From an uncultured Planctomycetota bacterium (GTDB lineage Bacteria > Planctomycetota > DG-23 > CAZBND01): a DNA stretch of 64,000 nucleotides. Of the stretch, positions 34,233-44,069 are shown piece by piece. Numbering within the stretch: position 1 is the first letter of the stretch; every line of letters begins with the position of its first letter. The notes beneath the pieces were generated by a model. That model was given only the letters and a program-made list of their open reading frames with translations, did not search any database and was not told the origin of the DNA. The translations under genes were made by a program, and so were the position numbers. The DNA is taken from the NCBI GenBank assembly GCA_964622675.1, contig CAZUUK010000008.1, positions 1,369-65,368 on the forward strand, written 5' to 3'.

Positions 34233-35528
34233 TTACAGCCGATACATCTCCATCGCATTCTTCCCCATGATCTTCTCCGCCAGCTCCTTCGCCACCCTCA
34301 TCGAGAAGTAGCCGCTCGCCACCTTCTGCGCCAGCACCTCCGCAATCAGATCCTTCGCCAGCACGAGCGACGCATAACTCTGCTCCACGATCCTGTGATC
34401 CCCGCCCCACGCGAAAATCTTGTTCGAAGGAACCACCTCTATCCACTCGTCCAGCGCTCGCTTGTACGCCGCCGGACTTATGTGCGCCAGCCAGCAGCCG
34501 TCTATGTACACGTTCGGGAAGTATTTCGCCATCAGCCCCGCCTCGGAGCAATATGGATATCCCCCGTGGAAAACGTCGAACCGCACCTCGCCGTATTTCC
34601 GGAAGAGGTTCGTCAGGTGAGTGGGCTTCGAGTTCGTTATCGTGTTGAAGTTCCCCGCTTGAATCCCCGTATGAATCTGCATCGGCAGATTGTATTCCGC
34701 GCACTTCTCGCAAACCTGATGCATCATGTAATCCTGGAAAGCCTTCCGCTCCGCCGCCGACACGTTCTCCAGACCCTTCGCCCATGCCTTTTCCGCATCG
34801 CACCTCGGAACGTCCTCGTAGTAAAGCGTCCGCCTGTACGCAAGCCCCGACTTCACCCCCTTCGCTCCGTCGTCCACGGCCTTCTGAAACGCCCCATTCA
34901 GCGCATCCAGGTACCCGCCAAAAGAATACACTCGCCCGCCCGCTATTGACTCCGCAAACTTCCTCTCGCCCAAAATGAACGCGTCCATTCTCACAATCTG
35001 AACAAACCTCCCATCCTCCACCACGCGCGGCGTGTAGTTCCCAAGCCACCACCCGTGATCCAGCAAAATGTACTTGATGTTCGTGCGGTCCAGCACGCTC
35101 TTGGCCCACCGCGCAGGATTCTTGTTCGCCTCGCGGATCTTCTCCGAAAGCGCCCTCCAGTTCTCTACTTCGTCAACCTCTTCGGCCTCCATCCCGAAAA
35201 GATCCCTAAGCGCTATCAAAAGGTACCGATAGTAAATCGTGCTCTTCACTTGCCTCAGAAACGGAACCAGCCTCTCCCACCGCTCCTCCGCCAAATCCTC
35301 CTTCCGCGGATCCTTCAGATACCCGAACCACTCCCACGTGCTCTCGTGCGGCAAAAGCCCCGCCGAGGTGAGGTCCGAACTCAAATACGTCCGGCTCATA
35401 AAGCACGGCAGGTCCAGCCCGAACGCCTCCTCCCTCCACTGATCGCCAAGGTGCTCGTGGTGGTCCACAACCTCCACCTCATCCAGGAAACTGCGAAGCT
35501 CCTTCCGAACGCTTTGGTAACTCATCAA
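34233..35528 (-). CDS. Amidohydrolase-2 / TIM-barrel metal-dependent hydrolase family protein; paralog of 14533-15816
   Basis: VVDHHEHL, QIHTGIQ...FHGGYPY...DGCWLAHIS. It is colinear with the paralog over the full length. Confidence 0.82.
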   Translation of the reverse strand: MMSYQSVRKELRSFLDEVEVVDHHEHLGDQWREEAFGLDLPCFMSRTYLSSDLTSAGLLPHESTWEWFGYLKDPRKEDLAEERWERLVPFLRQVKSTIYYRYLLIALRDLFGMEAEEVDEVENWRALSEKIREANKNPARWAKSVLDRTNIKYILLDHGWWLGNYTPRVVEDGRFVQIVRMDAFILGERKFAESIAGGRVYSFGGYLDALNGAFQKAVDDGAKGVKSGLAYRRTLYYEDVPRCDAEKAWAKGLENVSAAERKAFQDYMMHQVCEKCAEYNLPMQIHTGIQAGNFNTITNSKPTHLTNLFRKYGEVRFDVFHGGYPYCSEAGLMAKYFPNVYIDGCWLAHISPAAYKRALDEWIEVVPSNKIFAWGGDHRIVEQSYASLVLAKDLIAEVLAQKVASGYFSMRVAKELAEKIMGKNAMEMYRL

Positions 35529-35598
35529 CCTACCCCCGTCTTGTTGGAAAAGACATCTCGCGAGAAATCTTCAGCAGAACTCCCCCGGCGGACAGCCC

Positions 35599-36390
35599 CT
35601 ATCTCGAGCCCTCCGCCTCTTCCTCCCCCCCCGGCGGCCCGATTTTCCGCAGCTGCGTCAGCTCGTCCCTGAGCCTTGCCGCCTCCTCGTATCGTTCCTT
35701 CCGCACCGCATCTTTCAGCCTTCGCTCCAGAGCCTCCTCCTTCGTAAGCGGCTTCTTTCGCCGCATCTCCCTTATCATACCCCGCAGAATGGAAAGCGAC
35801 CGCCGCCGCTCGAACTTGAAAGTCCTGTTCTCGACCTCCGGCAAATGCTCTATCCTGCGCACCGCCACGTTCAGATCGCCCAGCGCATCGTTGTACCTCT
35901 TCCTCATCGCCTTCGAAAGAGCAGACGCCGAGTACCTCATCCTCAAAATGTACGGCCGATATTGCTCCACCGCCTCCCTGTCACTCTCTTCCTCCGCGTA
36001 CTCGTTCACAAAATCGAACAGCACTATGTTACGATCCGTATCCCTCACGGTCCGCTCGTAGTCCCCGATCTGGAAGAGCAGAACGTAGCGCTGATAGTAC
36101 AGCACCCCCTCGTCTATAAGCTCCGCGCACTCCTCATGCGAAACTTTGAACCCCTCGTCCGACCCGTGCTTCCCTACGTATTTGTCAAGCCGCTTCTTAT
36201 GGTATTCGAGAAACGACTCGCACCCATTCTGCCGCAGCCCATCCGGCCGCCCGTCCAGCTCGTACTGCTCTACCCCGAGCGGAAGCCGGATCTGAATCTT
36301 CTCGCTGCCGTCCTCCCCGGAAATCCTGCGGACCGACTCCTCAGGATCATACGGCCACGATCCCAGCACGTCGCTGATGTCTTCTCGCAT
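35599..36390 (-). CDS. UvrB/UvrC-motif (UVR domain) protein
   Basis: C-terminal RYEEAARLRDELTQLRK is a UVR motif. The rest has no motif I recognise. Confidence 0.75.
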   Translation of the reverse strand: MREDISDVLGSWPYDPEESVRRISGEDGSEKIQIRLPLGVEQYELDGRPDGLRQNGCESFLEYHKKRLDKYVGKHGSDEGFKVSHEECAELIDEGVLYYQRYVLLFQIGDYERTVRDTDRNIVLFDFVNEYAEEESDREAVEQYRPYILRMRYSASALSKAMRKRYNDALGDLNVAVRRIEHLPEVENRTFKFERRRSLSILRGMIREMRRKKPLTKEEALERRLKDAVRKERYEEAARLRDELTQLRKIGPPGGEEEAEGSR

Positions 36391-36448
36391 CTGAACTTCC
36401 TCTCATCCCGATTATCCCCGCTCCGGTACATCTCGTCAAGCTGAGTCC

Positions 36449-37828
36449 TCACCCTCGCCCCCGTTTCCTCCATTCGCGCCACTTCGGCATCGCCGCCCTC
36501 CGGACCGGTTCCCTCTTCGCCTTCAGCTCACTCACAAAGCGCAGCAGCTCCAACTCCATCCTCTCCGCCACCTCCGGAAACTCGCCAATAACGTTCTCCT
36601 GCTCCGTCGGATCCTCCCTCAAATGAAAAAGCTCCCGGTCCTCGGGGTGGTATCTTCCCGCCGGCCTCTGCGGCTCCAAATAATATGCGAAATTCCATTC
36701 CGCATTTCGTACCGTCCACGAATGCCCGTAATGCCCGCAGTACGCAAACTCGCGCATATGTCCCTTCTCGCCGCGCATCACCGGGAGCAGGCTCTCCCCT
36801 TCAACCCAACCCGGCTCCTCGACGCCCAGAAAATCCAGCGCCGTCGGCATAAGGTCGCACGTCTGCGCAATCGCGTCCGAAACCAAAGGCTTCTCGCCCG
36901 GCGCGTATATTATGAACGGAATCCGCATCAGCTCCTCGTAAGGCCACGCCCGCCCCTTCCTTATCATCCCGTGCTCCCCGAAAGGCTCCCCGTGATCCGA
37001 AGTGAAAATTATCATGCTGTCCTCGAAGAACCCCTCCTCCCTCAGGTAATCCAGAAAAACCCCCGCCCACTTGTCCACCAAACTCACCTCCCCCGCGTAC
37101 TGCGCCTTTATATGCTTCAGCTCCTCCGCCGTCAGGTACCCCTCCACCTCCCGCACTATCGGATTGATAATTTCTATCCCCTTGTAATCGGGGTCGTACA
37201 TCCTCGTGTACTCCGCCGGCGGGTCCCACGGCTCGTGCGGATCGAAGCAATCAAGCCACAGAAAAATCCTGTCACGCCTTCCGACCGAATCCAGCCACTT
37301 CATCCCCGCCTTCACCACCCGCGCTACAAAGTGATCTTCCTCCGACTTCCAGTGCGCCCGGTTCCTCAAATACTGCACCGTCTGGTGCGTCCACCTCTCA
37401 TTAACGCCGTCCGACTTGTGGTACTTCTCCAGCTCCACCTCGATCGAATCGTCCAAAACGTGAGGATCGTCTTCCTGTCCCCTTATGAACTCCGTGTAAT
37501 CAAACCCCCTATTCATGTTCATCCCCGGCTTGTGGAAGTGAAAGACGTCCGTGATCATCGCCGATGTGAAACCCTTATCCCACAGGTATTCCGCCAGCGT
37601 CACGTCCTCCACCCTGAACGGCTCCCATCCGCTGAACGGAAAGTTGTACCTCCCCGTAAACCACGTCGCCCGCGCCGGCACCGTCGGCACGTTCTCCGGA
37701 TACGAATACCTGAACACCGCCGACTCCGACGCAAAATGGTCAAGCTTCGGCGTCCTTATCCACCTGTTTCCGTAGCAGCCCAGGTGATCCGCTCTCAAGC
37801 TGTCCGCTATCATCACGATCAGATTCAT
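36449..37828 (-). CDS. Sulfatase-family (alkaline phosphatase superfamily) protein with Thr at the nucleophile position
   Basis: MIADSLRADHLGCYG, PTVPARATWFTGR (T-x-P-x-R instead of C/S-x-P-x-R) and FTSDHGEPFGEHG. No signal peptide. Its start overlaps the GH2 stop (ATGA). Confidence 0.88.
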   Translation of the reverse strand: MNLIVMIADSLRADHLGCYGNRWIRTPKLDHFASESAVFRYSYPENVPTVPARATWFTGRYNFPFSGWEPFRVEDVTLAEYLWDKGFTSAMITDVFHFHKPGMNMNRGFDYTEFIRGQEDDPHVLDDSIEVELEKYHKSDGVNERWTHQTVQYLRNRAHWKSEEDHFVARVVKAGMKWLDSVGRRDRIFLWLDCFDPHEPWDPPAEYTRMYDPDYKGIEIINPIVREVEGYLTAEELKHIKAQYAGEVSLVDKWAGVFLDYLREEGFFEDSMIIFTSDHGEPFGEHGMIRKGRAWPYEELMRIPFIIYAPGEKPLVSDAIAQTCDLMPTALDFLGVEEPGWVEGESLLPVMRGEKGHMREFAYCGHYGHSWTVRNAEWNFAYYLEPQRPAGRYHPEDRELFHLREDPTEQENVIGEFPEVAERMELELLRFVSELKAKREPVRRAAMPKWREWRKRGRG

Positions 37829-40800
37829 CTGGCCCGTCCTCCCCTCGGAGGCCTCGTCCTCTCATCTCCAACTATGCTGATCCCCACTAGAATCACGGTC
37901 GCCCCTTCCGCCGCCTCCACCGTAACCGACTCTATCGGGCTGAACCTACCCCCCGGCATAATGCTGTAAAGGTAAATCGCATTCTCCTTCCTCACCGGAT
38001 TGGGTCCCAGCCATCCGGTCCTCACTATCTCGTACCGCCCCGTCGCCGGCCGCCTCCAATCCGTCACGTGCCTTCCGTTGACTATCGGGTACGGAGCGAC
38101 CCTCCCATCCTCCATCCTTATGATGAGCTTACCCAGCTCTGCTCTGTCCGGAAGCTCCGTCTCAGCCGCAATCAAAAAGTGTACCTCACGTCCCCCCAAA
38201 CCAACCGGAATAGGCCCTACGCCGCGCGGCAGGCTCACATCCGTCGTGCTCACCGCCACGCACGATACCCCCTGGTTCCCCTCAGGATCGATTATCCTGA
38301 AAGGCACCCCCCCGAAGCTTCTCTCCCACTCTATCACCGGCCGCTGCATACCGGGAATCCAATCGCCCAGAACCGTATCCGGGAAGAACCTCATATCGTC
38401 CTCCCCGCGATCCGTCCATCCCCCGCGCCCGTCTCCCGCCTCCGTATCTCGGAAGCCGCGGTTGCAGAACGTCCTTATGTCCGCGTAGGCGGCCTGGATC
38501 TTCGGCCCTCCCAGCTCCACCCCAAGATTCGTCAGCAGAACCGACGCATACCGCGAAGCCTTATCCTCAGCTCCATTCGGGGCTCTATCCCACTGAACCT
38601 GATCTATTACCACCAACCCCTTACCCAACACAAACGCCGCCAGCACCCCCGGCTTCGACAGCGCAACCATACCCTCGCTCTTGTCGGCCTCCACGACGTA
38701 GCTCGCCGGCTCCTCCCCGCCGCGACCCCTCCGCGCCGGCCCCAGCGACCACGCGAAGCAACGGCTGCTTATCCCGCTCGAGACCCTAAAACGCCGCTCG
38801 AAATCAACCTGTTCCTCGCCCGAAAGTATCCCCGCCCCTCTCGTACTCCCTTCCTTCACCGATACTGAAACCCCAATCAGCTCCGATAGAATCTTCGCAT
38901 CATTCGGCTTGAGCCCGTGCGCAACCACCTTCCCTCCGCCCTCGACGAACCCCCGCAGTCCCGCTGCGTGCCCCGCCAGTTTCTTCCACGCGCCGCTCCC
39001 CGAAACAATCAAAACCGCATCCCCCGCCCTTCCCCGCGGCACATCCTCCACAGAATCGAACCTCGCGTTGAGATCCTCCAGCGCCTTCGAGAACCCCTCA
39101 TCCGACGAAATCACGTACGCCTTCCTTCGCCTCGCCGGGAGCTCGAACGCATACTCGAGCAATCTCGCAAGCACAATATCCGATACCGGCTCCGCCCCGC
39201 GCAGGTTATGCAAATCCAGCGTCGAAAGAATAAACCGCCCACGCCCTACAGGCACTTCCATCAGTAGCGCATTCACCAGCCCCTTACCATCGCTTGCGTC
39301 AATTATCGGCACGAAGTTCCCCGCGAGCGGCTCAATTATGCTGCTCCGCGCAACCGCTTCGTCTTCTCCCCAGAACATGAAATCCTCTTCCTTCAACCCT
39401 GCCAACGCCGGATGCGCCGGCGCCCGCGCAAATCCTATCGTCGTCCCTCTCCCAGCCTGCAGCCTGCAGGGCAGAAAGTTCAGCCGCTGATATAATCCCC
39501 TCGCCTGCGCCATCACCAGAAGCGTCCCACCCTCCTTCACATACGACGCGAACTTGTCCCCGGCGCGATCAACGTTGTAATCCAGCGAGTCCTTCCCTAT
39601 CACCAGAACCGGCATCCGCTTGGCATCCAGTTCAAACGGCGCCGCAATAGCCTCATACTCAACACCCAGCCCCCGCAGAAGTTCCGCCGTCTGCCCGCTC
39701 ACCTCATAAAGTCCCACCTTCCCCGGCAGCTCAATCGGCAGCTCGAGCTGCGGAAAAACCGAATATGCCTTCTCCTCCTCGAACGCCACCTCATCTCCAT
39801 CGCGCACCGCCACGCGAAACACCGCCTCCGCCCGCTCGCTCACCTTCGGCGTCCGGAACCGCACCGCCATCCGCTCCAAACCCGCCGGCTCCAGCCTCAG
39901 CGCCTCCTCGCCGTGCGCCGCCTTCTCGCCCCCCGAAAGGGTTAGCGACCACTCCACTTTCAGCTTCTTCGCCTCCATCGTATCGTTATAGACTGTCACC
40001 GTTCGCGAAACCGGCCCGTCCCCGTAAAAGCTCTTGTTATATTCCTTCACAAACGCCGCAACCGGCTCATAAGCCCGCTCGCTCACGTCGAAAAGGATGT
40101 TGTCAAGCCGCCTTCGAGATCTCCCTCCCCCTTCGAACGCCGTCCACGGACACATCCCCGAAAGCTCCTGGTAACGAAACGCCTCAATGTACATCTCCCA
40201 TATCTTCGCCTTCGCCAGTTGGTGCTTAGCCCTGTAATCCCCCTTGTATATCTCGTCCCCGACAATGCCGCTCAGATGGTCCGGCGTCTGGTACGGCAGC
40301 CACGAAAACTCCGTTATGTAAAGCGGCTTCTTCCTCTCCCACTTCCACGGCTCCGGATGCAGCAGCCCCAGCCCTTTCCCCGGGCTCTTCTCCACCGGCT
40401 CGTCCAGCCAGTAGAAATCTCCCGGAATCATGTTGAAGTTCGGATACTCCACCGCGTAGTGCAGCGACAGGACGTCCGCCGTCCCCTCCGGATCCAGGTC
40501 GGCCGCGTACATTATCGGCCGCGTCGGATCCAGCTTCTTCACAGACCGCCCCAGCTTCGCTATTTCCCCCTCGATCCTTTTGAACTTCCTCTCGTCGCGC
40601 CCCATCATGTGAAGAAACTCATTCTCCACGCTCCAGAACGCAACCGAAGGATGATTCCTGTCCCTCATCACCATCCCCTCCAACTGCCCCTTCGCGTTCT
40701 CCCAGAACCTCGTCCCGTAAACGTCCGCGTAATGCACCACCCGCGTCCACATCGGCGATTCCGGTATCGTCAAAAACCCAACCTCATCCGCCGCCTCGTA

Positions 40801-41898
40801 AACGTGCGCCGGCCATATCTGCGCGTGGAACCGGATTATGTTAAAGTTCTTCTCCTTGAGCTGCTCCAAAACCGCCTTCGCCCCCTCCTTCTTGTGCCAG
40901 CCCTGCTCCCACACCCCGAAGAAATGCGTCCCCGCTCCCCGCAGCTTCATCTTCACCCCGTTCAGCCTGAAGTAAGCGCCGTCCGTCCAGAACTCCCGGA
41001 AGCCGAATCGAACCGTCTTCGAATCAACCCCCTTCCCGTTCTCCATTAGCTCGACCACGACCTCGTATAAATTCGGATCGTCCGGAAACCAGAGTTCCGG
41101 ATCCGCCCACTTCGCCTTCAGCTTCACCACAGAGCTCCCTCCCGCCGGCACTTCAACCCTCTCCGCCGGAAGCTCGAGCACCTTCTCACCCCCGTCCATC
41201 ACCCGCGCCGAAACCGACGCCGCCCCTTCCTGGTCCGATTCATTCGCAACCCTCACCTCCGCGACCAGCTCCTTCTTTCTCACCGAAGTCCGCACGAACG
41301 CATCGGATATGTGCAACGGATTATGCGCCACGAGCTTGACCCCATCCCAAAGCCCTATCTCATCCGCAACCAACCCCAGCGGCACCAGCCCGATGTTCCC
41401 AAGACTTCTTATGTCATCCAGCGTCCGCGGCGCCTGCAGCACTTCCCGGTTCAGCGTAAACGCCACGCCGCCAACCGCGACCAGCAGATCATTTGGCTCC
41501 CCACGCTTCACGTGCCTCGTCACATCCACGCTGAAAGGCACGAACCCCGTCGAATACGTCCCCACCTTCTCGCCGTTCAGATACACCAGCGCCGTATACT
41601 TCGCCCCGCCGAACTCCAGCTTCACCCGCTTTCCCCCCCCGAACGACCTCGGCACCTCGAAGCTCCGCCTGTACCAGATCGCATAACCCCGTCGCCCCCG
41701 CGGGGGAAACATCATCGCCGTAGTCGGATACCACCTATCCAATTTCTCCGGCGGGTACGTAAGCTCCGGCTCGTTCACCGGGCTGTATTCCCACCCCTCG
41801 CTCAGGTCTATCACCTCTCGGCTAGACATCTCGGCCCCCGCCACACTTGCCGCCTCCAACCAAAGGGTCAACGCAGCGCACAAAAATAAATATCGCAA
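37825..41898 (-). CDS. Large secreted glycoside hydrolase family 2-like protein (about 1357 aa) with a long C-terminal extension
   Basis: GH2-type N-terminal sugar-binding region, NHPSVAFWSVENEF (acid/base Glu) and LYITEFSW. AAGGAG lies 7 nt before the TTG at 41898, giving the signal peptide MRYLFLCAALTLWLEAASVAGA. Confidence 0.85.
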   Translation of the reverse strand: MRYLFLCAALTLWLEAASVAGAEMSSREVIDLSEGWEYSPVNEPELTYPPEKLDRWYPTTAMMFPPRGRRGYAIWYRRSFEVPRSFGGGKRVKLEFGGAKYTALVYLNGEKVGTYSTGFVPFSVDVTRHVKRGEPNDLLVAVGGVAFTLNREVLQAPRTLDDIRSLGNIGLVPLGLVADEIGLWDGVKLVAHNPLHISDAFVRTSVRKKELVAEVRVANESDQEGAASVSARVMDGGEKVLELPAERVEVPAGGSSVVKLKAKWADPELWFPDDPNLYEVVVELMENGKGVDSKTVRFGFREFWTDGAYFRLNGVKMKLRGAGTHFFGVWEQGWHKKEGAKAVLEQLKEKNFNIIRFHAQIWPAHVYEAADEVGFLTIPESPMWTRVVHYADVYGTRFWENAKGQLEGMVMRDRNHPSVAFWSVENEFLHMMGRDERKFKRIEGEIAKLGRSVKKLDPTRPIMYAADLDPEGTADVLSLHYAVEYPNFNMIPGDFYWLDEPVEKSPGKGLGLLHPEPWKWERKKPLYITEFSWLPYQTPDHLSGIVGDEIYKGDYRAKHQLAKAKIWEMYIEAFRYQELSGMCPWTAFEGGGRSRRRLDNILFDVSERAYEPVAAFVKEYNKSFYGDGPVSRTVTVYNDTMEAKKLKVEWSLTLSGGEKAAHGEEALRLEPAGLERMAVRFRTPKVSERAEAVFRVAVRDGDEVAFEEEKAYSVFPQLELPIELPGKVGLYEVSGQTAELLRGLGVEYEAIAAPFELDAKRMPVLVIGKDSLDYNVDRAGDKFASYVKEGGTLLVMAQARGLYQRLNFLPCRLQAGRGTTIGFARAPAHPALAGLKEEDFMFWGEDEAVARSSIIEPLAGNFVPIIDASDGKGLVNALLMEVPVGRGRFILSTLDLHNLRGAEPVSDIVLARLLEYAFELPARRRKAYVISSDEGFSKALEDLNARFDSVEDVPRGRAGDAVLIVSGSGAWKKLAGHAAGLRGFVEGGGKVVAHGLKPNDAKILSELIGVSVSVKEGSTRGAGILSGEEQVDFERRFRVSSGISSRCFAWSLGPARRGRGGEEPASYVVEADKSEGMVALSKPGVLAAFVLGKGLVVIDQVQWDRAPNGAEDKASRYASVLLTNLGVELGGPKIQAAYADIRTFCNRGFRDTEAGDGRGGWTDRGEDDMRFFPDTVLGDWIPGMQRPVIEWERSFGGVPFRIIDPEGNQGVSCVAVSTTDVSLPRGVGPIPVGLGGREVHFLIAAETELPDRAELGKLIIRMEDGRVAPYPIVNGRHVTDWRRPATGRYEIVRTGWLGPNPVRKENAIYLYSIMPGGRFSPIESVTVEAAEGATVILVGISIVGDERTRPPRGGRAR

Positions 41899-42008
41899 CT
41901 TCAGTCTCCTTCTTCTCCCTTCGCGCCAGGGATGAATCCGGACGAAAGCCTTTCGAACCAACGCACCTAAGCAAAGCCGCACTCAATTCTCGCGCGACAA
42001 AGCCCCCG

Positions 42009-42812
42009 CTAGACCTCACGCCTCCCCAGCAGCCTCTCCGCGTTACCCCGGAAAATCTTCCTCTCCGCCTCCTCTCCCAGCTCCAGCGAGCGCACCAAAG
42101 CCTTCTCGCTCGACTGATCCCGCCACGGCGAATCCGTCCCAAAAAGAACCTTCTCCGCACCGTGCGTCGCAATTATCTTTTTCACAAGCTCGCGCGTGGA
42201 ATCCTCTATCGAAAACGATGTCTCGAAGTAAACGTCCTTCCCCACAAGCAGCTCCCACACCTGCTCCCACTGCTTCCATCCCCCTGTATGCGTCGCCACC
42301 AGCGTCAGCGAAGGAAACCTTTCCAGCACATTCGCTATCCGCGGAACCGACGCCCGCAGATCCCCTGGAAAGGCAATGTCGTATCCGCAGTGCGGGACAA
42401 ATATCAAACCCGCATCCACAAAACCCTCGTATATCTCGTACACCTTCGGCGAATCCAGCTCGAAATCCTGATACATCGGGTGCAGCTTTATCCCCACGAA
42501 CCCCTCATCCCTTATCTCCCTCAGCTTGTCCTTCACCCTCGGCGTCTCCGGGTGCACCGACGGAAAAGGAACAATGCGATCCGACGCAATCTCCTTCGAC
42601 CACTTCAGTATCGAATCCACCTGCGCGGGAGTCGTCGCGATCGAGCAAATGACCGAAGTCTCTATCCCCGCCCGGTCCATGGACCTCAGCAGCTCCCCCA
42701 CCGTCCCGTCCAGAAACGCCTTGACGTTATCCGTCTCCGCCTCGAGGGTTGCTATCGCCCGTTCCGCCAGAAAGTCAGGAAAGGCGTGCGTGTGGAAATC
42801 AATCGCCTGCAC
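42009..42812 (-). CDS. Amidohydrolase family protein (COG2159-like TIM barrel)
   Basis: MQAIDFHTHAF, VPHCGYD and LFGTDSPW motifs. Confidence 0.85.
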   Translation of the reverse strand: MQAIDFHTHAFPDFLAERAIATLEAETDNVKAFLDGTVGELLRSMDRAGIETSVICSIATTPAQVDSILKWSKEIASDRIVPFPSVHPETPRVKDKLREIRDEGFVGIKLHPMYQDFELDSPKVYEIYEGFVDAGLIFVPHCGYDIAFPGDLRASVPRIANVLERFPSLTLVATHTGGWKQWEQVWELLVGKDVYFETSFSIEDSTRELVKKIIATHGAEKVLFGTDSPWRDQSSEKALVRSLELGEEAERKIFRGNAERLLGRREV

Positions 42813-42924
42813 TCATCTCCTCCAAGTCCAAAGGGAATTGCGAAAGCCGCACCCCACCCCCGCGCCGGGAAATCACATTATAGCCCACCACTCGCGCCCA
42901 TTCCACCTTCCCGACCGTGCCTTG

Positions 42925-42952
42925 TTGACTTCCGGAACCGCTCCGGTAAAAT
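42925..42952 (+). promoter_or_regulatory. Near-consensus sigma-70 promoter with a palindromic spacer, upstream of the aldolase/PFK pair
   Basis: TTGACT, a 16-nt spacer and TAAAAT. The spacer reads tCCGGAaccgcTCCGG (5-bp inverted arms). Confidence 0.55.
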
Positions 42953-43004
42953 GACTAGTTGCTGCTAACGTTCCATATGACCCTATCGTAGAGGAGTTGA
43001 GTTA

Positions 43005-44030
43005 ATGGCAGAGAAGACCTATGACTCTGAGCAGTTTCTCAGCAAAGAGACCCTTGCCGAGATCACGAACCTCCGGGTATCTCAGCCCGATCTCGTCCAG
43101 AAGGAAATGCAGGCGCGCAAGCGCAGAAAAACCCTCGCACCCGACGGCAAGCTCACCGTCCTAGCCGCCGACCATCCCGGAAGAATGGTCACCCGCGCCA
43201 CCACCGACCCCATCGGCCTCGCCGACCGCCTCCAGTACCTCGGCCGCATTGTTCGCGTCATGCTCGCAAGCCGCATGGACGGCCTAATGGGCACCTCCGA
43301 CGTCCTCGAAGAGGCAACCCTCGCCAACTACATCTACAAACAGCGCACCGGAAAAAGCTTCCTCGACAACAGGGTCCTCCTCGGATGCATGAACCGCGGC
43401 GGACTCTCTGGCGCCAACGCAGAACTCCGCGACATGATGACTTCCTACATCTCCGGCAGCCGCATCAAGCAAATGAACCTCGACGGCGCTAAGCTCATGT
43501 TCCGGCTCCCCTTCGACGACGAAAAAGACATCTACGCCCTCGAGACCGTACAGATCTGCGCCGAGGCCATTGAAGAACTGAACGACGAAGGTCTCCCCGC
43601 CTTCCTCGAAGTTCTCGCGGTCAAGCGCGACGGCGGCTCCTACAAGACAATCAAGGAACCCGAGCACCTCGTCAAAGTCATCGGCGTCGGCACCGCCCTC
43701 GGTTACACCTCCGCCAGAACCTGGCTCAAAATTCCCTTCGTCCCCGACTTCGACCGCGTCGCTCGCTCCACCACCTGTCCAATCCTCATGCTCGGCGGCG
43801 AGGCCACCGGAAGACCCCTCGAAGTTATCAACCAGTTCTACGAAGGACTCAAAGCCGGCGCCAACGTCCGCGGCGCTCTCGTCGGCAGAAACGTCACCTT
43901 CCCGGGCCCAAACGACCCCGCCGTCATCGCCCAGGCCATCTACCTCGTCGTTCACCAGGGTCTCACCGCCGACGAGGCTTTCAAGCAGGCCGGCTCCTTA
44001 GAAGGCACCCTGATGGACGTCTTCGACTGA
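43005..44030 (+). CDS. Class I aldolase-like TIM-barrel protein (DeoC/FbaB/LacD superfamily)
   Basis: LTVLAADHPGR and TWLKIPFVP, which resembles the LacD/FbaB Schiff-base Lys strand VLKVEVP. AGGAG RBS. The family call is made from memory only. Confidence 0.7.
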   Translation: MAEKTYDSEQFLSKETLAEITNLRVSQPDLVQKEMQARKRRKTLAPDGKLTVLAADHPGRMVTRATTDPIGLADRLQYLGRIVRVMLASRMDGLMGTSDVLEEATLANYIYKQRTGKSFLDNRVLLGCMNRGGLSGANAELRDMMTSYISGSRIKQMNLDGAKLMFRLPFDDEKDIYALETVQICAEAIEELNDEGLPAFLEVLAVKRDGGSYKTIKEPEHLVKVIGVGTALGYTSARTWLKIPFVPDFDRVARSTTCPILMLGGEATGRPLEVINQFYEGLKAGANVRGALVGRNVTFPGPNDPAVIAQAIYLVVHQGLTADEAFKQAGSLEGTLMDVFD

Positions 44031-44069
44031 CGGCGGCGTCCTTCCCCGAGTGAAAGGAGTGGTAACCCC

